DNA from: Sedimentisphaerales bacterium
Lineage (GTDB): Bacteria > Planctomycetota > Phycisphaerae > Sedimentisphaerales > SM23-30
Direction: 5' to 3' (one strand)
Assembly: GCA_963666285.1 (NCBI GenBank)
Contig: OY762711.1
DNA: 64,000 nt
Part shown: piece after piece, positions 9,649 to 19,820 of the stretch
Position numbering within the stretch: the stretch's first letter is position 1
Layout: the number at the start of each line of letters is the position of its first letter
Position numbers and translations under genes: made by a program
Notes under the pieces: generated by a model
Database searches by the model: none
Told to the model about the DNA's origin: nothing
Seen by the model: the letters and a program-made list of their open reading frames with translations, nothing else

Positions 9649-11793
9649 TTATAGACCAGGTTTTACCGGTGAAATTCCTTCATTTAACATTTCCAGATTT
9701 GGATTAACAATCATCAGAATAATTTCACCTGCATATTCAGAATCGGAAACGTACTTATATCGATAATATTTAACGTCCTTACCAGATATTTCATATATCG
9801 ACTTTCTCATAACTTCCATATTGCCGGTTATGGTATTAGAGTCAGTTACAATCATTAACATTCCATCAGAACTGAGCCGATTTATTATCCTATGGCAAAA
9901 CAAAGGATTTTTAATAAAAATGTGTGGCTCAATGATGTCTTTACTTATACATATTACATCATACTCTCTGAACTTATCTGTTAACATGTGTTCAAAGTTC
10001 CAATATATCCTGGCAATACCAAAATCATTAATTGCCCTGGTTTTTACCAATTCAGGTAAATAAATTATCGCCTGCTCGGCAATAATATCACACTTTATTC
10101 TGCTGTTTTTTAAGTTAAATTCCGGAATATCTTTTATGACCGAACCGGCAAGCAGCATTCTACCATTAAAATCCTTATTTATAATATTGGCAATATCTAC
10201 TGCCATATAATGCTCAGATAAGCAATTATCCGAGTCATTACACGCACTAACCTGACTGAACCAGAAGTTTCCCCTGTCCGCCAGACTAACTGCCCAGGTT
10301 TTGTCAATAGTCTCGCAATAGTTTACAACCTGCCCCTGTTTCTTAAGTATCCAGTTATGAGTAACCCAAAAAATGATCAAAGTACTAAAAACAATTGGAA
10401 GTATAGAATAAACAGCTACCCTGCGATGCCATCGTACATGGGAAGAGGTAAACATTATTGTAATACCATTAGTAATCATTGCCCCAAAAAACAGGATTAT
10501 AACAGTAAGCAATGAACCTAACAGGGGAAGTGAGATTCGGATAAATAATATCCTGCCAAACAAAACACCAAGACAAAACATCACCATCCATATAAACCAT
10601 CCAAAAGACAAACTTGCCACCGCACGAGTCATAAGCTGTTTCAGACAGAATAATAAATCTCCCATAAAAAACAAACCAGAAAGTAAAAACAGATTCCAAA
10701 TTATGATAGCAATCACTCCATGACACCAAGACTGGTTCTGGGATAATGCAATGCAAAAAATCAAGCCCAAACAACAGGCCGACCAGTGATAAAGAGGAGT
10801 AATAACACCTTGCGGATGCTGACGTCCAGCTAATTCACGCCGGTAGCTGAAATACCAACCGGCCAAAAGAAATAATGTCAACCATGAATGGCTGTATTTA
10901 GCCGGAATAACACCAAATCCTGCTATTCTTTCCAGATATGCGGTGAGTGGCAAATAGCTGCCAAAAAGAAGCCCCCCCAGTAATATTGAAACAGCTGCTT
11001 TTTTACCAGACAGATAACTTCGTTCCTGGACACCGGATTTGAGTTCATAATGTTTTATATATGACCGGTCGGTACTGCGTGAAAATATGGCTGGAAGCCA
11101 CAGTGAACAGGCAATTAACGGTAAAAGCGATAGCAGTAAGATCAATGAACAATTAATTATAACCGAACACACATACGGCCATATGCACATGCCTATTATA
11201 TATCCCAAAGCCAACAGCATATTGAATCTTTGCTCAAGAGTCTGATAAGGCCCAGTCTGGGTAGTTAATGAAAGTGCCATACGATAAAGTAAAGCACAGA
11301 GAATTCCGCAGAGCAGCCATATAAACCCGGTAAAAACAAATACAAGCAAACTGTCGCTAATCCATAAAAATCTGCTCAGAAAGAAGCTATTAAACATATA
11401 GGATCTCAGATGATAAAACCATCCCTGCCAGAACAAAGAAACTATAACAGCAAGACAGAGAAGGATAATCACACCTGAGATTGCCAGGGTTACGGTTTGA
11501 AGATCTGCCCTGCCAGTGGGTAAATTAGGTAAAGTGTCTCTTTTTCCTTCATGCTTTAATTGGTCAGTCCAAAGTAAAGCCCCAAGAATCCACTGCGGCA
11601 GCATAACACCAATTGACATAAAAAACAGAAATGATGTGTTATAAGCCATATCAATATTCGTCAGCGGGAAAATGCGAGAAGACAAAAACTCCTTGAATCC
11701 CACTAAAATCCCGGTAATTGAAAAGGCAATAATGACACAAACAAAAACGAAATGCTTCTTAAATTGTGCTATGCTAATGTCAAACATTATCAA
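9649..11793 (-). CDS. Polytopic membrane protein with a divergent C-terminal spermidine-synthase/SAM-methyltransferase-like domain
   Basis: About 13 hydrophobic segments, then a soluble domain with YDVIxI and RLSSDGMLMI; Gly-rich SAM motif not evident. Confidence 0.5.
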   Translation of the reverse strand: MIMFDISIAQFKKHFVFVCVIIAFSITGILVGFKEFLSSRIFPLTNIDMAYNTSFLFFMSIGVMLPQWILGALLWTDQLKHEGKRDTLPNLPTGRADLQTVTLAISGVIILLCLAVIVSLFWQGWFYHLRSYMFNSFFLSRFLWISDSLLVFVFTGFIWLLCGILCALLYRMALSLTTQTGPYQTLEQRFNMLLALGYIIGMCIWPYVCSVIINCSLILLLSLLPLIACSLWLPAIFSRSTDRSYIKHYELKSGVQERSYLSGKKAAVSILLGGLLFGSYLPLTAYLERIAGFGVIPAKYSHSWLTLFLLAGWYFSYRRELAGRQHPQGVITPLYHWSACCLGLIFCIALSQNQSWCHGVIAIIIWNLFLLSGLFFMGDLLFCLKQLMTRAVASLSFGWFIWMVMFCLGVLFGRILFIRISLPLLGSLLTVIILFFGAMITNGITIMFTSSHVRWHRRVAVYSILPIVFSTLIIFWVTHNWILKKQGQVVNYCETIDKTWAVSLADRGNFWFSQVSACNDSDNCLSEHYMAVDIANIINKDFNGRMLLAGSVIKDIPEFNLKNSRIKCDIIAEQAIIYLPELVKTRAINDFGIARIYWNFEHMLTDKFREYDVICISKDIIEPHIFIKNPLFCHRIINRLSSDGMLMIVTDSNTITGNMEVMRKSIYEISGKDVKYYRYKYVSDSEYAGEIILMIVNPNLEMLNEGISPVKPGL

Positions 11794-11822
11794 ATAACAA
11801 ATCTATACAAAAAAAGTATTTA

Positions 11823-12274
11823 TCAAAAATCTTCATCATCCAGTTCATCAATCCCCTGCATTTCCTTATCTGTAGGCATATCATCCTGCTGTACTCTTGG
11901 ATTGCCCCATATATCCTGATATTTCATCTTCTTTTCCCGGTTTAATCTGGCAAAATATTTTATACCTCGTTTAAAACGGAACATGGAAATTAACGCACAA
12001 AAAAGAAAAAAAGCAGAAGTATCACAACTGAAGTAATTACCTCATATCTGACACGTCGACGATAATGTTCCGGATCAAGTTCGGCAGCAGAAGATTCATC
12101 ATCACTAACTACAGATGAGTCATTTGGACTATTAATATCTTCTGATATATTTTCCCCGACATTAGATTGCTCAGAAGTGAAGGATGCATCTTCCTGGGCA
12201 CATACATGAGAACTAAAGGCTATGGAAAATACCATCAATAACAAATAGAAATATATACCAGGCTCAAATTTCAT
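11823..12274 (-). CDS. Small exported single-pass membrane protein, apparently frameshifted in a T homopolymer
   Basis: ORF 12274-11990 stops mid-TM helix; adding one T at 11999-12012 continues it as CALISMFRFKRG...DELDDEDF* ending at 11823. Confidence 0.6.
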
Positions 12275-12477
12275 AAAGCATCCTTAAAGTGCGATTTCGC
12301 ACTTTTTGACTGTTCAACATTACACGCAAAGGTCGGAACGGGCCTTGTGAATGAAAAACTTTACGTTTAATTGTATTTCCGAGCTAGTTCTCGAAAACAT
12401 ATTTAATCAAAGTGCTGCATAAAGGCCCTTTCAGGCGATTTTTGCAACTTATAACTGCTAAAGTATCCTTAAACAGA

Positions 12478-13419
12478 TTACCATTTTCTAATATTTTCCT
12501 GAGGGTTTAGTTTAGAAAATTCACGTAAAAGCTCAGCAGATTGGTCATCAATATCAGTCGGTACGACAATTTTTAAAATAAGGTATAGATCGCCAGCACC
12601 AGATTTGACATTTATTCCCCTGCCCTTTAATCTAAGCTTTCTACCGGAAGGACTCCCAGGCGGAACACTAACCATAGTTCTATCTGATAGAGTAGGAACC
12701 TCAACCTGAGTACCCAAGGCAGCCTCGGTAACAGTAACAGGAAGGTCCATGAGAATATCGTTGCCGTCTCGCTTGAAATAAGGATGCTGGGTAACATTAA
12801 CAGTTAAAATAAGATCTCCGTTAGTGCCGCCGGGTGAAGGCTGCCCTTTGCCACGAAGTCTTATCTTACCGCCATTATCAATGCCAGCCGGGATTTTCAC
12901 AGAAAGTTTTTCTACTCTTCTACCACCATCAGGTTCCGTAATAGTCAGGCTCACATCCCTTGTCGCACCATTGACAGCTTCCATAAAACCGATAGTAATA
13001 GAATGTTCAATATTTTGCCCTTTGGTCGGATGATTTCTTCTATGCGATCTTGATGATTGTCCTGAACGCATTTGTTCGAAAATATCTGCGATTCCTCCAA
13101 ACCCACTTGAACCACCACCAAAGCCAGAAAAAATATCCGAGAAATTTACCCCGTTAACATTAGAGCGATATCCGCCTTGAGCACCGGCACCAGCAAAATT
13201 TTGTGCGGTATGACCAAACCTGTCATAATTTTTTCGTTTTTCCTTATCACTCAGGGTGTCATACGCTTCCTGGAGTTCATGGAATTTTTCAACATTTTCC
13301 TTGGTATCGCCTCCGGAATCCGGATGATATTTCCTGGCAAGCTTGCGATAGGCCTGTTTAATATCATTTTCAGATGCATTCCTGGATATACCTAATACTT
13401 CGTAATAATCACGTTTCAT
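12478..13419 (-). CDS. Class B J-domain chaperone (DnaJ/CbpA-like, no zinc finger)
   Basis: RDYYEVLG, HPD motif, G/F-rich linker, DnaJ C-terminal domain; no CxxCxGxG repeats. Confidence 0.92.
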   Translation of the reverse strand: MKRDYYEVLGISRNASENDIKQAYRKLARKYHPDSGGDTKENVEKFHELQEAYDTLSDKEKRKNYDRFGHTAQNFAGAGAQGGYRSNVNGVNFSDIFSGFGGGSSGFGGIADIFEQMRSGQSSRSHRRNHPTKGQNIEHSITIGFMEAVNGATRDVSLTITEPDGGRRVEKLSVKIPAGIDNGGKIRLRGKGQPSPGGTNGDLILTVNVTQHPYFKRDGNDILMDLPVTVTEAALGTQVEVPTLSDRTMVSVPPGSPSGRKLRLKGRGINVKSGAGDLYLILKIVVPTDIDDQSAELLREFSKLNPQENIRKW

Positions 13420-13522
13420 ATTATACAGCACTAAATACTTTGCACTTTATTCCATATTAAATAATCTTAGTTAACTTTCGTCATTTATAAGTTGCATAAA
13501 TCGCACTCTTATAAAGAAAAGA

Positions 13523-15472
13523 CTAATCTTTGTCACCAACGTATTTCCCCTGCCTGATTCGGTCTTTCTTATATACCTCACCACGCCCCTTTGACAGAAT
13601 CTCTCTAATATACGCTTTTGCCTGTTCAGCTTCTTCGGTTCCAGGCCAGCCTTCAAGAACCTCATCACAAAGAGTAAGAGCAGAACCAAAACTAATACCA
13701 AATTTGATTTTCATTTTTTTCTCTGCCAATTGAAGTTTATCTCGTGCCTGAAGAATAGTAGGGTCTTCTTCCATTGTTACTTTTCTTGGAGCATTATTCT
13801 CTTTTGGTCTGGTCTGAGCATTATTAGGTGATCTGGTTACTGGCTGAGCCGGAGCTGCATCTTCAATCGACTGCCCCATTTCTGTCGTCATTGTTTCCAT
13901 CTGGCCCTTCATCATTTCCCCCATCTGCTCCATCATATCATTTAACCCCTCCTGCATTTCTGTTCCCATCAAATCAGATAATTGCGATATGCCACCTAAT
14001 GATTCAGCAAGCTTCATACTCTCTCTAACCATAATCGCGTTTACAATAGGTCCATCGACAGGCCCAACATAACAAACAACACCACTTGTATCGGCAACCA
14101 GAACAACCGGTGAAGCCGGATCGATCGCAGCAAGCTGCTGCTTATTTTCCTGAGTCATAACACAGTTCACCCATGGCGATGGTGTTTTTGCAATATCATC
14201 AATAAGTATCTTCATAGATAATGGGTTATTTATTTCGTTACAGTTAACAGCAACAAACTGCAGAATACCGAAACCTCCCATGCTCTCTGAAAAATTCTTC
14301 AGAAAAACTTTTTTCTGTTCGGCTAACATTGAATCTCCATAGGACCACAGCAGCATACAGAGTATCTTGCCCTGGTCCGGGCTATAATTCAATACACTTC
14401 CATTTATATCAGTCAAAGTCATATTCTTGAGCTGTTTGCCCAACATTGCAACCGGCATATAATCCAGCTTAAGATTTAACGCCGATGCCGGAGCCTGCTG
14501 CTGAGCAGGATTTGCTGCTCCATAGCCCATTCCAAAATTATTTTGCCCCGGCTGGTTAACTGCACCAGTACGATTAGAACGATTAGACCTGTTCGAGCCT
14601 CCGCCTAAGGCGCTTTGGCTATCAACCGGCATCATACCACCCAAACCTCCACCGACGCCATAGCCCATTCCTCCTCCGCCACCGCCGCGATTACCTCGAT
14701 TGCCACGGTTTCCGCGATTTCCAGGTTGACTGGCAGGCTGAACCGGAGGGTCAAGGGAGTTATCGACTCTTTCACCTCCACCAAAACCGTCACGACCGCC
14801 CATTGGAACAGGCCTGACATTTTGCGGTGCCATGGTACCGGGAATATTGGGCTCTGAAACCATAACGCTGCCAGTAATATTAGGGTCACCAATACCAGCA
14901 CCAATTCCCTGACCACCCATTGTAGATTGCATTATTGCCATTTGAGCTTTTAGAAATTTCTGGGTCTCACCGGCAAGCAGCGTATTACCATTTTGAACCG
15001 AAGCATTTGCCTGAGAACCAAGATGCAAAGTTCTTTCACTTTTGATAATATCTTCAAAATCTTTATTCAAATATGCCAGATAAAGATAGCAATCTCTAAA
15101 CTCCTCATTATCCTCGGCTGCCCGATAGACACTTTTGGCTCTACTGACGGCTTTATCACCATCACCTCGATAATAATCAATAAAAGCATAAATCATATTA
15201 TATTGATATTTAGCATCATCTTCAAACTGCCTGCGATACTTCATAATTCCACGAGATTTTACAGTAGCCTCTTCTAGCTGATCAACCATTTCGGCAGACA
15301 TGGGCATACCAGTTAAGACATGATTGTGAATTAATGCATTATAATTGTCATTTATGTGCTTTACTGCACTTGCAAGATCAGCGAACTCTTCCTGAGCAAC
15401 TGCTGTTCCTGAAAATACCAGTAACAATACAGAAAGCACAACGCTTAGTTTAATTCCTTTGGGAATAAACAT
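13523..15472 (-). CDS. Secreted protein with Gly/Asn/Arg-rich linker and a thioredoxin-like domain lacking CxxC
   Basis: Signal peptide (AVA-Q); GNR x4 and SNR x3 repeats; LTDINGSVL...GKILCMLLWS resembles the start of a TlpA/redoxin fold. Confidence 0.6.
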   Translation of the reverse strand: MFIPKGIKLSVVLSVLLLVFSGTAVAQEEFADLASAVKHINDNYNALIHNHVLTGMPMSAEMVDQLEEATVKSRGIMKYRRQFEDDAKYQYNMIYAFIDYYRGDGDKAVSRAKSVYRAAEDNEEFRDCYLYLAYLNKDFEDIIKSERTLHLGSQANASVQNGNTLLAGETQKFLKAQMAIMQSTMGGQGIGAGIGDPNITGSVMVSEPNIPGTMAPQNVRPVPMGGRDGFGGGERVDNSLDPPVQPASQPGNRGNRGNRGNRGGGGGGMGYGVGGGLGGMMPVDSQSALGGGSNRSNRSNRTGAVNQPGQNNFGMGYGAANPAQQQAPASALNLKLDYMPVAMLGKQLKNMTLTDINGSVLNYSPDQGKILCMLLWSYGDSMLAEQKKVFLKNFSESMGGFGILQFVAVNCNEINNPLSMKILIDDIAKTPSPWVNCVMTQENKQQLAAIDPASPVVLVADTSGVVCYVGPVDGPIVNAIMVRESMKLAESLGGISQLSDLMGTEMQEGLNDMMEQMGEMMKGQMETMTTEMGQSIEDAAPAQPVTRSPNNAQTRPKENNAPRKVTMEEDPTILQARDKLQLAEKKMKIKFGISFGSALTLCDEVLEGWPGTEEAEQAKAYIREILSKGRGEVYKKDRIRQGKYVGDKD

Positions 15473-15658
15473 TTATAAGTCTCCTTAATGTGGCTAATTT
15501 GCGGTGGTAATGATATTTATTAACCAAATCAATAAATATCCAGCAGGTAATGTAATTTACCAGAAATACATCAGGTCTTCAACTAAATAACTTACTGCAA
15601 AAGCTAGATTAAAGTTCTCTGTAAATTGTACCGTATTACATAATAATCGAGTTTTATC

Positions 15659-15871
15659 TTGACAAACCCCAAAATCCAGCTTAATATATGAGGCTCATTC
15701 TATAGTAATGAGACGAAGTAGTCATAGTTAAGTGACTAGCTTCAAACAGTTTAAGGATAAAAATAGTGGTTGATTTAGACTGTGGTGGAGTTAGTTGCAG
15801 GCTTATTTTAAGATTATTGCCCAAACAGGCAATAAAACCACTAGAACCCGCTTTAACCAGGAGGTTAGCAC
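15659..15871 (+). promoter_or_regulatory. Sigma70-type promoter and structured 5' leader of rpsB-tsf
   Basis: TTGACA(15659)-17 bp-TAATAT(15682); ~180-nt leader with hairpins (tagtca/tgacta; tagtggtt/aaccacta); SD GGAGG before the TTG start. Confidence 0.7.
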
Positions 15872-16663
15872 TTGGATAATAACACAGTCCGCTCTCTAAT
15901 TGACGCAGGTATCCACTTCGGACATCGTGCCGGAAGATGGAACCCAAAGATGAAACCTTACATCTTTTGCACTCGTAATTCCATTCACATCATCGACATC
16001 AAAGAAACAGTAAAAGGCTTGGTAAGAGCTCAGAAATTCATTCAGAGCGTTGTTGCTTCAGGCAAAGATGTTCTGTTTGTCGGAACTAAACGTCAAGCTC
16101 GCAGTCCAATCGTAAATCATGCCCAGGCATGTGGAATGCCTTACGTTGCAGAAAGATGGCTGGGAGGCACCCTGACAAACTTCGGTACTATCCGAAAACG
16201 CCTTGCCAGACTGGAAGAACTTGAAGCGATGGAAGAAAACGGCCTGTTGGCAGCTCAGAGCAAAAAAATGGAATCTACATTGCGTCGTGAGCTAAACAAG
16301 ATAAAAACAAACCTGGATGGTATTCGTAACATGAGTCGTATGCCGGGTTGCATAATTATAATTGATGCCAGCAAAGAACACCTGGCCGTAGCAGAAGCCA
16401 AAAAGCTTGGAATCCCTACAGTTGCCCTGATCGACACAGACAGCGATCCAGACAAAGTTGATATTCCAATCCCAGGTAATGATGATGCTATGAAAGCTAT
16501 CGATCAGATATTGGGTCAGATTGCTGAAGCAGTTGCCTCTGGAAAAGCCGGTCTGGAAGAGCAGAAAAAAGCAGAAGCCAGTGAAGCTGCTATTGCTAAA
16601 GGTCGTTCAAGACGAATAAGTGCATCTCAGATGGCAGAAGCCAGCAGCGAAACCGCTCAGTAA
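15872..16663 (+). CDS. rpsB: 30S ribosomal protein S2
   Basis: [39 protein letters not shown] start. Confidence 0.98.
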   Translation: MDNNTVRSLIDAGIHFGHRAGRWNPKMKPYIFCTRNSIHIIDIKETVKGLVRAQKFIQSVVASGKDVLFVGTKRQARSPIVNHAQACGMPYVAERWLGGTLTNFGTIRKRLARLEELEAMEENGLLAAQSKKMESTLRRELNKIKTNLDGIRNMSRMPGCIIIIDASKEHLAVAEAKKLGIPTVALIDTDSDPDKVDIPIPGNDDAMKAIDQILGQIAEAVASGKAGLEEQKKAEASEAAIAKGRSRRISASQMAEASSETAQ

Positions 16664-16689
16664 GCTTCATTTTTGGAAGAACTTAGAAC

Positions 16690-16732
16690 AGCGGTGAGAT
16701 CGTAATCATTCGTATCCACCGCTTTATTTTTT
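16690..16732 (+). terminator. Hairpin plus T run between rpsB and tsf (possible attenuating terminator)
   Basis: agcggtg ... caccgct followed by ttatttttt. Confidence 0.55.
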
Positions 16733-16770
16733 GAAGTAGAAGAACTATAGTAGTATCTAAGGAGTAAAAA

Positions 16771-17639
16771 ATGTCAATTTCAGCTAAACAGGTGAAAGAA
16801 TTAAGAGATATGACAGGTCAGTCTATGATGGACTGTAAAAAAGCTCTAACCGAGTGTGACGGCGACATCGAAAAGGCAGTAGAAATGCTGCGTAAAAAAG
16901 GTATGGCTGTCATGGAAAAAAGAAGTGACAGAGCTAATAATGAAGGTCAGATATCTCATAAAACAAGTGCAGACGGTAAAATATCCAGTATTGCCACTCT
17001 TTGCTGTGAAACAGACTTTACAGCCAAAAACGACAACTTTGTTGCTGTTGCAGATAAGTTAGGCAATGCCCTGCTGAACTGTGACGGTGTCCCGGCAGAT
17101 AAAGACGCCCTGGCTGCTTTACCTGCTGACGGTCGCACAGTAGCTGACCTGGTAAATGACCTGGTAAGCCAAACCGGTGAAAAGACCACTCTTGGAAAGT
17201 TTGCAAAATTCGAACTAGCCGGCCCTGGTCTGATTTATACTTACATTCACCACAACGGCAAAGTTGCTGCAATGCTCAAGGTTGAAGCAGAAAATGATGC
17301 AGCTGCAGGAGCGGAAGCTGCCAAAACTATGGCATCTGATATAGCACTTCATATTACAGCTATGAACCCTCAATCTTTGTGTCGTGACGAAGTTGATGCG
17401 GAAACAGCAGCTAAAGAAGAAGCTATTGCCCGCGAACAGATGAAAGGCAAACCAGATAACATTATCGATAATATTGTTAAAGGTAAAATGGACAAATGTT
17501 TAGCGAAATCGTTCTCCTGGAACAACCATTTGTTAAGGATGACAAAATGTCAGTTCAGCAGCTAATCGACCAGACAAGCAAGTCTGTCGGCGGCAAACTA
17601 ACCCTGACACAATTCTGCCGCATCCAGCTAGGCGAATAA
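16771..17639 (+). CDS. tsf: Elongation factor Ts, with a one-base frameshift near 17497-17501
   Basis: VKELRDMTG, MMDCKKAL, CETDF; the canonical C-terminus FSEIVLLEQPFVKDDK...RIQLGE* lies in another frame and ends at 17639. Confidence 0.95.
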
Positions 17640-17682
17640 TCTCGCTTTTCCTGCTTTGCAGGTAACATAACTATGAAAATTT

Positions 17683-17720
17683 AAGCTCTGTAAGTAAATG
17701 CTTGCAGAGCTTTTTTTTTT
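17683..17720 (+). terminator. Intrinsic terminator of rpsB-tsf
   Basis: aagctctgtaagt / gcttgcagagctt stem followed by T10. Confidence 0.9.
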
Positions 17721-17777
17721 GGTTATTATTGATATTTGTACCCTCCAATTCAGATTACTATTAGAAAGGCATTACCT

Positions 17778-19724
17778 ATGTTCACAAAAGGAGTTTCAAT
17801 TAAGCTATTATCAATAGTCGCAGCTATCTTCCTGGCAATTTCATCAACTAATGCTGAAGTTAAGCTGCCTAAAATTGTAAGCAGCGGCATGGTTCTACAG
17901 CAGCAAGAAACTGTAAACTTTTGGGGATGGGCTGCTCAGGGAGAAAAAATCACAATTTTAACCAGCTGGGGCCAGAAAGCCAATACAACCGCTGACAATA
18001 ATGGAAAATGGATCGTACCCGTTAAAACTCCAAAAGCAGGTGGACCATATACAATATCAATAAGCGGAGAAAACAATATTGAACTTGACGATATCTTGAT
18101 TGGTGAAGTCTGGATATGTTCCGGTCAGTCAAATATGGAATTCCATATGAGCTGGTTAAATTCTGACAGGATCAGAAAAGATGTCCAGGAAAGCAGTAAC
18201 GCCAAACTTAGACTATTTACGGTTAAAAAAGCTTTTTCCCCTACTCCCAAATACGACGTTGAAGGTGAATGGCAAATATGCAAGCCGGAAACGGCAAATG
18301 AATTTTCAGCAACAGCATTTTATTTCGGCCAAAAGATTCAAAAAGAGCTCGGGATACCAGTAGGATTGATCTCAACGAACTGGGGAGGTACAGTAGCTGA
18401 GGCATGGACCAGTAAAGAGGGCCTGGCTGATTTTGAAGAATTCAAATTCAAATTGGATTATATGGAAAACCCGGAAAAGGCATTAAAGGAATTCAGATCT
18501 AAGCAGGATAATGAATTAGATAAATGGTATAGCCAGGTTAAATCTCTTGATCCGGGCACTCAGCAGGAATGGTATTCTGAAGATTATTCATGCAAAGGAT
18601 GGAAACAATTAGAGTTGCCGCAACTCTGGAAAAATATTGAATTGAATGAAGTTGATGGTTCCGTATGGTTTCGTAAAGAAGTTGTACTCGATAACAGCTG
18701 GTCTAATAAAGAGGGTATCATCAGGCTGGCAATGGTAGATGATCTTGACACAACATGGATTAACGGCAAGTTGCTCGGCACAACAAACGGCTGGAATGTC
18801 CAGAGGCAATATAAGATTCCTGAGAATGTATTAAAATCGGGTAAAAACATAATAGCGGTCAGAATAGTTGACTATCAGGGCGAAGGTGGGATCCATGGGG
18901 ATAAAGCTGATTTATATTTATCATGCGAAAACAATAGCAAAAAAATCTCACTAGCCGGCAACTGGAAATATAAAGCAAGTTATAATAAGAGAATACCGGC
19001 ATTTCCTGCAGTAGACACCTATATTCACGAGAATTCTCCGACGACCCTCTATAACGCAATGATTGTGCCCCTGTTAAATTATAAAATAGCAGGAGCTATC
19101 TGGTATCAGGGTGAATCGAACAAAGACAGAGCAATACAATATCGCAGCCTGTTCCCTGCGATGATTAAAGACTGGCGAAATCATTGGGGACAGGGAGATT
19201 TCCCATTTTATTATGTTCAGATTGCTCCTTATAAATATGAATATGCAGGAGAAAGCGAACTGCTGCGTGAAGCACAACTGAAGAGTATGTCAGTACCGAA
19301 TACCGGAATGGCCGTAACACTTGATATTGGCGACTATAACGATATTCACCCCAAAAATAAACATGATGTCGGAGACCGGTTGGCTAGATGGGCGTTAGCT
19401 AAAACATATGGCAAAAATATCGCCTACAGCGGCCCTGTATTCAAATCTATGAAAAAAGAAGGCAATAAGATAAGGCTTTTCTTTGATCACGCTGAAAATG
19501 GCTTGAAAGCCGCCCAAGATGGTCTGAAAGATTTCATGCTTGCAAGTTCCGGCAGTTCATTTGCCCCGGCTGATGCTGTCATAGAAGGCAATACCGTAGT
19601 AGTTTCCAGTAAGTATATAGATAACCCGGTTCATGTACGTTACGGTTGGAGAAACTGGGTAATGGGTACTTTATTTAACTCTGAAGGCCTCCCTGCAAGC
19701 TCTTTCAGAACAGATAGCTATTGA
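17778..19724 (+). CDS. Sialate O-acetylesterase (SASA/SGNH) with an inserted beta-sandwich domain
   Basis: Signal peptide; GEVWICSGQSNM, WGGT, WYQGESN, DIHP, LPASSFRTD. Confidence 0.92.
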   Translation: MFTKGVSIKLLSIVAAIFLAISSTNAEVKLPKIVSSGMVLQQQETVNFWGWAAQGEKITILTSWGQKANTTADNNGKWIVPVKTPKAGGPYTISISGENNIELDDILIGEVWICSGQSNMEFHMSWLNSDRIRKDVQESSNAKLRLFTVKKAFSPTPKYDVEGEWQICKPETANEFSATAFYFGQKIQKELGIPVGLISTNWGGTVAEAWTSKEGLADFEEFKFKLDYMENPEKALKEFRSKQDNELDKWYSQVKSLDPGTQQEWYSEDYSCKGWKQLELPQLWKNIELNEVDGSVWFRKEVVLDNSWSNKEGIIRLAMVDDLDTTWINGKLLGTTNGWNVQRQYKIPENVLKSGKNIIAVRIVDYQGEGGIHGDKADLYLSCENNSKKISLAGNWKYKASYNKRIPAFPAVDTYIHENSPTTLYNAMIVPLLNYKIAGAIWYQGESNKDRAIQYRSLFPAMIKDWRNHWGQGDFPFYYVQIAPYKYEYAGESELLREAQLKSMSVPNTGMAVTLDIGDYNDIHPKNKHDVGDRLARWALAKTYGKNIAYSGPVFKSMKKEGNKIRLFFDHAENGLKAAQDGLKDFMLASSGSSFAPADAVIEGNTVVVSSKYIDNPVHVRYGWRNWVMGTLFNSEGLPASSFRTDSY

Positions 19725-19820
19725 CCATTATATTTTCTGAATTAAAACTGGCACGGGCAATAAGACACCGATCTTGTTGCCCTTATCTATTTATCGTAAT
19801 ACATTGAAATATATTGAATA

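Noticed and set aside
13420..13450. CIRCE-like half-sites upstream of the dnaJ-like gene
   Set aside because: Only partial AGTGC matches in direct orientation; no TTAGCACTC-N9-GAGTGCTAA inverted repeat.
14560..14725. 9-bp periodic repeats considered as CRISPR or VNTR
   Set aside because: They encode in-frame GNR/SNR peptide repeats with synonymous variation; there are no spacers or cas genes.
17490..17505. Programmed ribosomal frameshift in tsf
   Set aside because: No slippery heptamer or stimulatory structure; a second indel in the window favours assembly error.
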